64,000 bases of DNA from Flavobacteriales bacterium (GTDB lineage Bacteria > Bacteroidota > Bacteroidia > NS11-12g > UBA955). A program made the position numbers and the translations under genes. The stretch covers positions 998 through 64,997 of the forward strand of contig CANKVM010000001.1 of assembly GCA_947487175.1 (NCBI GenBank), written 5' to 3'. Under the pieces are notes generated by a model. That model saw nothing but the letters and a program-made list of their open reading frames with translations. It did not search any database and had not been told where the DNA came from. Shown here piece after piece: positions 59,317 through 64,000 of the stretch (its first letter is position 1; each line of letters starts with the position of its first letter).

Positions 59317-59494
59317 AATATCTTTAACAAACAAAAGGCAAAAGGGTTTAAAAATTACACAAAATTTAATATTGTGGTTATATTTGAGGAGTAACTTTAT
59401 AAAGTGTGAACAAGAATACGTCAAATAGTCAGTAAATAGCGTTTGGCAAACTTTTCGCAAACAGAATAAAACATTAACTTCGCAGACTTAACCT

Positions 59495-62400
59495 ATGTTC
59501 GGGAATATTATAAACAACATTGCAAAAATTTTTGGTGGAAATGCTGCCGAAAAAGCCATGAAAGAAATCATGCCAGTTGTGGCTGAAATCAATCAATACT
59601 ACGATTCATATCAATCAATTGGCACCGATGAACTGCGAAATAAAACCGCAGAATTCAAAGCGAGAATAAGCGATTATCTTTCTGATATTGACAATGAAAT
59701 TGCTGATGCTCATTCAAAAGTGAATGCGTTAACCCCCAGTGAAATCGATGAAAAAGAAGAACTTTATCAGCAAATTACCAATCTTGAAAAGAAACGTGAT
59801 GAAAAATTAGAAGATATTTTAAAAGAAATACTTCCTGAAGCGTTTGCTACAGTTAAAGAAGCAGCACACAGATTAAGTCTTAATGATGAAATCACCTGCA
59901 CTGCCCTTGAAATAGACAGAGAACTTGCAACTAAAAAACCAAATGTGCGCATTGAAGGCGATAAAGCCATTTTTGCAAACGAATGGTTGGCAGCAGGTGG
60001 TAAAATCAAGTGGAACATGGTGCATTACGATGTTCAGTTGATTGGTGGTATTGCGTTGCACCAAGGAAACATTTCCGAAATGTCTACGGGTGAAGGTAAA
60101 ACCTTGGTAAGTACTTTGCCTGCATATTTGAATGCACTTGGTGGACGTGGTGTTCACATGGTTACCGTGAACGACTATTTGGCTCGTCGTGACTGCGAAT
60201 GGAACGGACCTTTGTTTAATTTCTTAGGACTTACGGTTGATTGCTTAGAATATCACAGTCCTAACAGCGAAGAACGCCGCTTAGCTTACAAAGCCGATAT
60301 TACATATGGTACAAACAATGAGTTTGGTTTTGATTACCTACGTGACAACATGGCACACGAAACTGACGAGTTGGTACAAGGCAAACACCATTTTGCAATG
60401 ATTGATGAGGTAGATAGCGTTTTAATTGACGATGCCAGAACCCCATTGATTATTAGTGGACCAACACCAAAAGGCGACATTCAAGAATTTGAAGCGTTAA
60501 AACCTAGAATTCAAACTTTGGTTGACGCACAAAAGAAATATATCAACAATGCCCTTTCTGATGCAAGAAAGTTAATTGCAGAAGGAAAGAGCGGTCATAA
60601 AGAAGGTGAAGGCGGTTTGGCCTTGTTACGTGCACATAGAGGTTTGCCAAAAAATAAAGCATTGATCAAATTCTTAGGGGAATCTGGAATGCGAAATGTT
60701 TTGACCAAAACTGAAAACAACTACATGCAGGACCAACAAAAAGAAATGCCGTTGGCCGACGCTCCTTTATTCTTTACCATTGACGAGAAAACCAACTCTG
60801 TTGACTTAACCGAAAAAGGGATTGAATTGATCACTGGCAACGGTGAAGACACTCAATTCTTTATTTTGCCTGATGTAGGAAATGAAATTGCTGAAATTGA
60901 AAAATCTACAGATTCTGCAGAAGAGAAAATCCGATTAAAAGATATTCTCATGCAAGAGTTTGCTGAAAAGAGCGAACGTATTCACTCTGTTCAACAATTA
61001 TTAAAAGCATATACTTTATTTGAAATTGACGTTGAATACATCCTTCAAGATGGAAAAGTAAAGATTGTAGATGAGCAAACGGGTCGTATTATGGAAGGTC
61101 GAAGATATTCAGACGGTTTGCATCAAGCAATTGAAGCAAAAGAAAATGTAAGGATTGAAGCGGCTACACAAACATATGCAACTGTTACCTTGCAAAACTA
61201 TTTCAGAATGTACCACAAGTTGGCGGGTATGACAGGTACTGCTGAAACGGAAGCTCAAGAATTGTGGGATATTTACAAATTGGGTGTTAAGGTAATTCCT
61301 ACCAACAAACCAGTAATTAGAATTGACAAAGAAGATTTGGTTTACAAAACCAAACGTGAAAAATACAATGCGGTAATTGATGAAGTTGTTGCCTTGAGCC
61401 AAGCGGGTCGTCCGGTATTGGTGGGTACTACTTCTGTTGAAGTGAGTGAATTGTTGGCAAGAATGCTTAAAATTAGAGGCATCAAGCACAACGTATTGAA
61501 CGCAAAGCAACACCAAAGAGAAGCTGAAATTGTAGCAGAAGCGGGTTACCCTTCAGCGGTTACCATTGCTACCAACATGGCTGGTCGTGGTACAGATATT
61601 AAAATTTCCGACGAAGTAAAAGCTTCGGGTGGTTTGGCAATTATAGGTACTGAACGCCATGATTCTCGTCGTGTTGACCGCCAGTTAAGAGGTCGTGCAG
61701 GACGTCAAGGTGATCCAGGAAGTTCTCGTTTCTACGTAAGTTTGGAAGACGACTTGATGCGTATTTTTGGTGCAGAAAGAGTTTCTAACTTGATGGATAA
61801 AATTGGTTACAAAGAAGGCGATGTAATTGAACACAGCTGGATGACCAAAACCATTGAACGTAACCAAAAGCGTATGGAGCAAAACAACTTTGGTATCCGT
61901 AAACGTTTGTTGGAATATGATGATGTAATGAACAAACAGCGTTCAAACATCTACAGAATGAGAAAAAATGCCCTTTGGGGTGACAAATTGAGCATCGATT
62001 TGCGCAATATGTTGTTCAACTGGTGTAACGATACTGTAATAAATTGCAAAGACCAAGGCAGTTATGAAGAATTAGAATTAGAAGTGATTCGCACGTTGGC
62101 AGCAGGTTTGCCTTTTGATGAAGCTACTTTCGATTCAACCAAAACTGACGATTTGGTAGATATGTTGTTTGCAGACTTATCTTCGAAATACAGAAACAAA
62201 CTTGAAAAAATTGCAGAACAGGCCTACCCTGTTTTCCAACATATCAGAAGCGAGCAAGGTGAAAGAATTGAAAATGTGGTAGTTCCAATGACCGACGGAA
62301 CCCACCAATTCCAATTAACCGTATCTATGCAAAAAGCGTTAGATACCCAATGCCGTTCATTAAGTAACGATTTTGAAAAATCTACAACCTTACAAACCAT

Positions 62401-62812
62401 TGACGATGAATGGAAAGAGCATTTACGTGAATTGGATGAATTGAAACAAAGTACGGGCAATGCACAATACGAGCAAAAAGATCCTTTGTTGATTTATAAA
62501 ATTGAAAGTTTTGAATTGTTTGGTAAAATGCTACAACGCATCAACCACAAAGTTCTTGGTTTGTTATTTAGAACCAGAATTTTAGATGACAATCAAGTGG
62601 GTGAAGCGCGCAAACCAATGCGTAAAGAAAATCCAAAAGTGATTGCAAGCAAAGAAGAATTCAGCCATTCTTCTGATAAACAAGAAGCCGTTGAAAATTC
62701 TGCACCTAAAGTCATTCAAAATCCAATAAGAAATGAACTTAAAGTAGGCCGCAACGATGCTTGTCCTTGTGGTAGCGGCAAAAAATTCAAATCTTGTCAC
62801 GGCAAAGATTAA
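59495..62812 (+). CDS. secA: preprotein translocase ATPase SecA
   Basis: Walker A in GMTGTAETE/DEAD-like motor motifs, 1105 aa, C-terminal SEC-C zinc motif CPCGSGKKFKSCHG. Confidence 0.95.
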   Translation: MFGNIINNIAKIFGGNAAEKAMKEIMPVVAEINQYYDSYQSIGTDELRNKTAEFKARISDYLSDIDNEIADAHSKVNALTPSEIDEKEELYQQITNLEKKRDEKLEDILKEILPEAFATVKEAAHRLSLNDEITCTALEIDRELATKKPNVRIEGDKAIFANEWLAAGGKIKWNMVHYDVQLIGGIALHQGNISEMSTGEGKTLVSTLPAYLNALGGRGVHMVTVNDYLARRDCEWNGPLFNFLGLTVDCLEYHSPNSEERRLAYKADITYGTNNEFGFDYLRDNMAHETDELVQGKHHFAMIDEVDSVLIDDARTPLIISGPTPKGDIQEFEALKPRIQTLVDAQKKYINNALSDARKLIAEGKSGHKEGEGGLALLRAHRGLPKNKALIKFLGESGMRNVLTKTENNYMQDQQKEMPLADAPLFFTIDEKTNSVDLTEKGIELITGNGEDTQFFILPDVGNEIAEIEKSTDSAEEKIRLKDILMQEFAEKSERIHSVQQLLKAYTLFEIDVEYILQDGKVKIVDEQTGRIMEGRRYSDGLHQAIEAKENVRIEAATQTYATVTLQNYFRMYHKLAGMTGTAETEAQELWDIYKLGVKVIPTNKPVIRIDKEDLVYKTKREKYNAVIDEVVALSQAGRPVLVGTTSVEVSELLARMLKIRGIKHNVLNAKQHQREAEIVAEAGYPSAVTIATNMAGRGTDIKISDEVKASGGLAIIGTERHDSRRVDRQLRGRAGRQGDPGSSRFYVSLEDDLMRIFGAERVSNLMDKIGYKEGDVIEHSWMTKTIERNQKRMEQNNFGIRKRLLEYDDVMNKQRSNIYRMRKNALWGDKLSIDLRNMLFNWCNDTVINCKDQGSYEELELEVIRTLAAGLPFDEATFDSTKTDDLVDMLFADLSSKYRNKLEKIAEQAYPVFQHIRSEQGERIENVVVPMTDGTHQFQLTVSMQKALDTQCRSLSNDFEKSTTLQTIDDEWKEHLRELDELKQSTGNAQYEQKDPLLIYKIESFELFGKMLQRINHKVLGLLFRTRILDDNQVGEARKPMRKENPKVIASKEEFSHSSDKQEAVENSAPKVIQNPIRNELKVGRNDACPCGSGKKFKSCHGKD

Positions 62813-62815
62813 TCA

Positions 62816-63010
62816 ATGTCTGAAACAAACAATAATCAATCAAAACCCATTGAAGAATATTACTTCGACAATGGGTTTTGTGTTTTTAAAGAGTCGTTTT
62901 TGATCAAAAGAGGCACTTGTTGTGGAAATGGTTGCAGGCATTGTCCATACCAACCAAAACACCAAAAGGGAAATGTGGTTTTATTTCCCGAATTTGTGCA
63001 AAAGTTGTAA
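62816..63010 (+). CDS. small Cys-rich hypothetical protein (64 aa) immediately downstream of secA
   Basis: ATG 3 nt after secA stop; motif C-x12-CC-x3-C-x2-C (FCVF...GTCCGNGCRHCPY); possibly a DUF5522-type small protein, unverified. Confidence 0.4.
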   Translation: MSETNNNQSKPIEEYYFDNGFCVFKESFLIKRGTCCGNGCRHCPYQPKHQKGNVVLFPEFVQKL

Positions 63011-63054
63011 AAACCTTTTTGGCATTGGCCACTATTGAGTTGTAAATTTGCTAT

Positions 63055-64000
63055 GTGAATTCGAAAATTCAATCAGCACTCATTTCTGTATTTTACAAAG
63101 ATGGTTTAGAGCCAATTATTCAGGCGCTCCATAATAATAACGTAACACTTTATTCAACCGGCGGAACCCGTAAATTTATTGAAGATTTAGGAATTCCTTG
63201 TGTGGCTGTTGAAGATGTAACTGGATATCCAAGTATTTTGGGTGGTCGTGTGAAAACACTTCATCCGAAAGTTTTTGGGGGAATTTTGGCCCGCAGAGAA
63301 TTGGATACCGACATGAAAGAAATTGCTGAGTATCAAATTCCATTATACGATCTTGTTATCGTAGACCTTTATCCTTTCGCTGAAACAGTAGCGGCTGGTG
63401 GAGCAGAACAAGATATCATTGAAAAAATTGACATTGGTGGAGTTTCTTTAATTAGGGCAGCTGCCAAAAATCATGCACATACTTGCATCGTTGCCGATAA
63501 ATCTGATTACAGCACTTTCTTAAATGCCTACAACCAAGGCAACGGAAGTTTGTCGTTAGAAACCAGGAAATCATTGGCAGGAAATGCATTTGGCGTTACC
63601 TCGAAATACGATACCCAAATTGCGAATTGGTTTCGTGGCGATAATGTTTACACATTGCGTTACGGTGAAAATCCACACCAAAAAGCAACTTTTAATGGCA
63701 ATCTAGAGACCATTTTCGACAAAATACAGGGCAAAGAATTGTCTTACAACAATTTACTTGATGTAGACAGTGCCATTTGCTTATTAAATGAATTCACAGA
63801 AACTCCAGGAAGCACATTTGTAATTATCAAACACAACAATGCTTGTGGAGTTGCTACCAGAACCGATGTTTTCGATGCTTGGATTGATGCATTGTCTTGC
63901 GACCCAGTGAGTGCTTTTGGCGGTATTTTGGCAACCAATTCTGAAATTGATGAAAAAACAGCCGTTGAAATCAACAACTTGTTTTTTGAAGTTCTTATTG
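63055..64000 (+). CDS. purH: bifunctional AICAR transformylase/IMP cyclohydrolase PurH, 3' partial (runs off window); GTG start
   Basis: N-terminal (V/M)NSKIQSALISVFYKDGLEP...YSTGGT..., MGS-like domain GGRVKTLHP, then AICARFT domain; in-frame stop 12 nt upstream of the GTG. Confidence 0.85.
   Translation, partial: MNSKIQSALISVFYKDGLEPIIQALHNNNVTLYSTGGTRKFIEDLGIPCVAVEDVTGYPSILGGRVKTLHPKVFGGILARRELDTDMKEIAEYQIPLYDLVIVDLYPFAETVAAGGAEQDIIEKIDIGGVSLIRAAAKNHAHTCIVADKSDYSTFLNAYNQGNGSLSLETRKSLAGNAFGVTSKYDTQIANWFRGDNVYTLRYGENPHQKATFNGNLETIFDKIQGKELSYNNLLDVDSAICLLNEFTETPGSTFVIIKHNNACGVATRTDVFDAWIDALSCDPVSAFGGILATNSEIDEKTAVEINNLFFEVLI

Noticed and set aside
59317-59460. 48-aa N-terminal extension of the TonB-dependent receptor ORF
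   Set aside because: Extension is Cys/Phe-rich non-signal sequence; a canonical signal peptide begins at Met49 (MQKNIKLFFAILAMAFMAQIQA)
1-64000. Search for CRISPR arrays, tRNA/rRNA genes, IS elements, integrases, phage genes, toxin-antitoxin pairs
   Set aside because: No direct-repeat/spacer periodicity, no cloverleaf-compatible intergenic segments (the longest intergenic segment is 219 bp, 35707-35925, and was inspected), no transposase/integrase/recombinase-like ORFs. The window appears to be core chromosome

Overview
This 64 kb window looks like a chromosomal segment of a low-GC Bacteroidota genome, probably Flavobacteriia-like. The pointers to that lineage are: no Shine-Dalgarno sequences, a TAnnTTTG-type -7 promoter element, a T9SS (type IX secretion system) C-terminal sorting domain, a type 2 IPP isomerase and a complete mevalonate-pathway operon. 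Both strands are densely packed with core housekeeping genes: ligA (5' truncated at the window edge), dapA, ruvB, queG, hldD, a DAACS (dicarboxylate/amino acid:cation) symporter, an M3 oligoendopeptidase, hppD, priA, rmlC, recQ, sucC, prfC, typA, lpd, menD, smpB, hemD, hemW, uspA, secA and purH (3' partial). I found no rRNA, tRNA, CRISPR array, transposase, integrase or recognisable defense island. The accessory-looking content is: (1) a six-gene, tightly coupled mevalonate operon (idi2, HMG-CoA reductase, two paralogous GHMP kinases flanking mvd, and a UbiA-family prenyltransferase), followed by a small secreted coiled-coil protein with a C-terminal C-x9-C-x9-C-x2-H motif; (2) a 1215-aa multi-spanning orphan sensor histidine kinase co-transcribed with hldD; (3) a recQ paralog that shares an operon with two GT4 glycosyltransferases and an HTH protein, next to a 1005-aa TPR protein; (4) several secreted or membrane proteins of unknown function, including a DUF5606-like protein with a histone-H1-like Lys/Pro/Thr tail. 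Six well-formed rho-independent terminators are called, several of them bidirectional between convergent genes. Many short ORFs embedded antisense within long genes in the ORF track are judged spurious. Several genes appear to use TTG or GTG start codons. Honest assessment: the region is mostly ordinary core genome. The findings below are hypotheses for follow-up, not a confidently identified new system.
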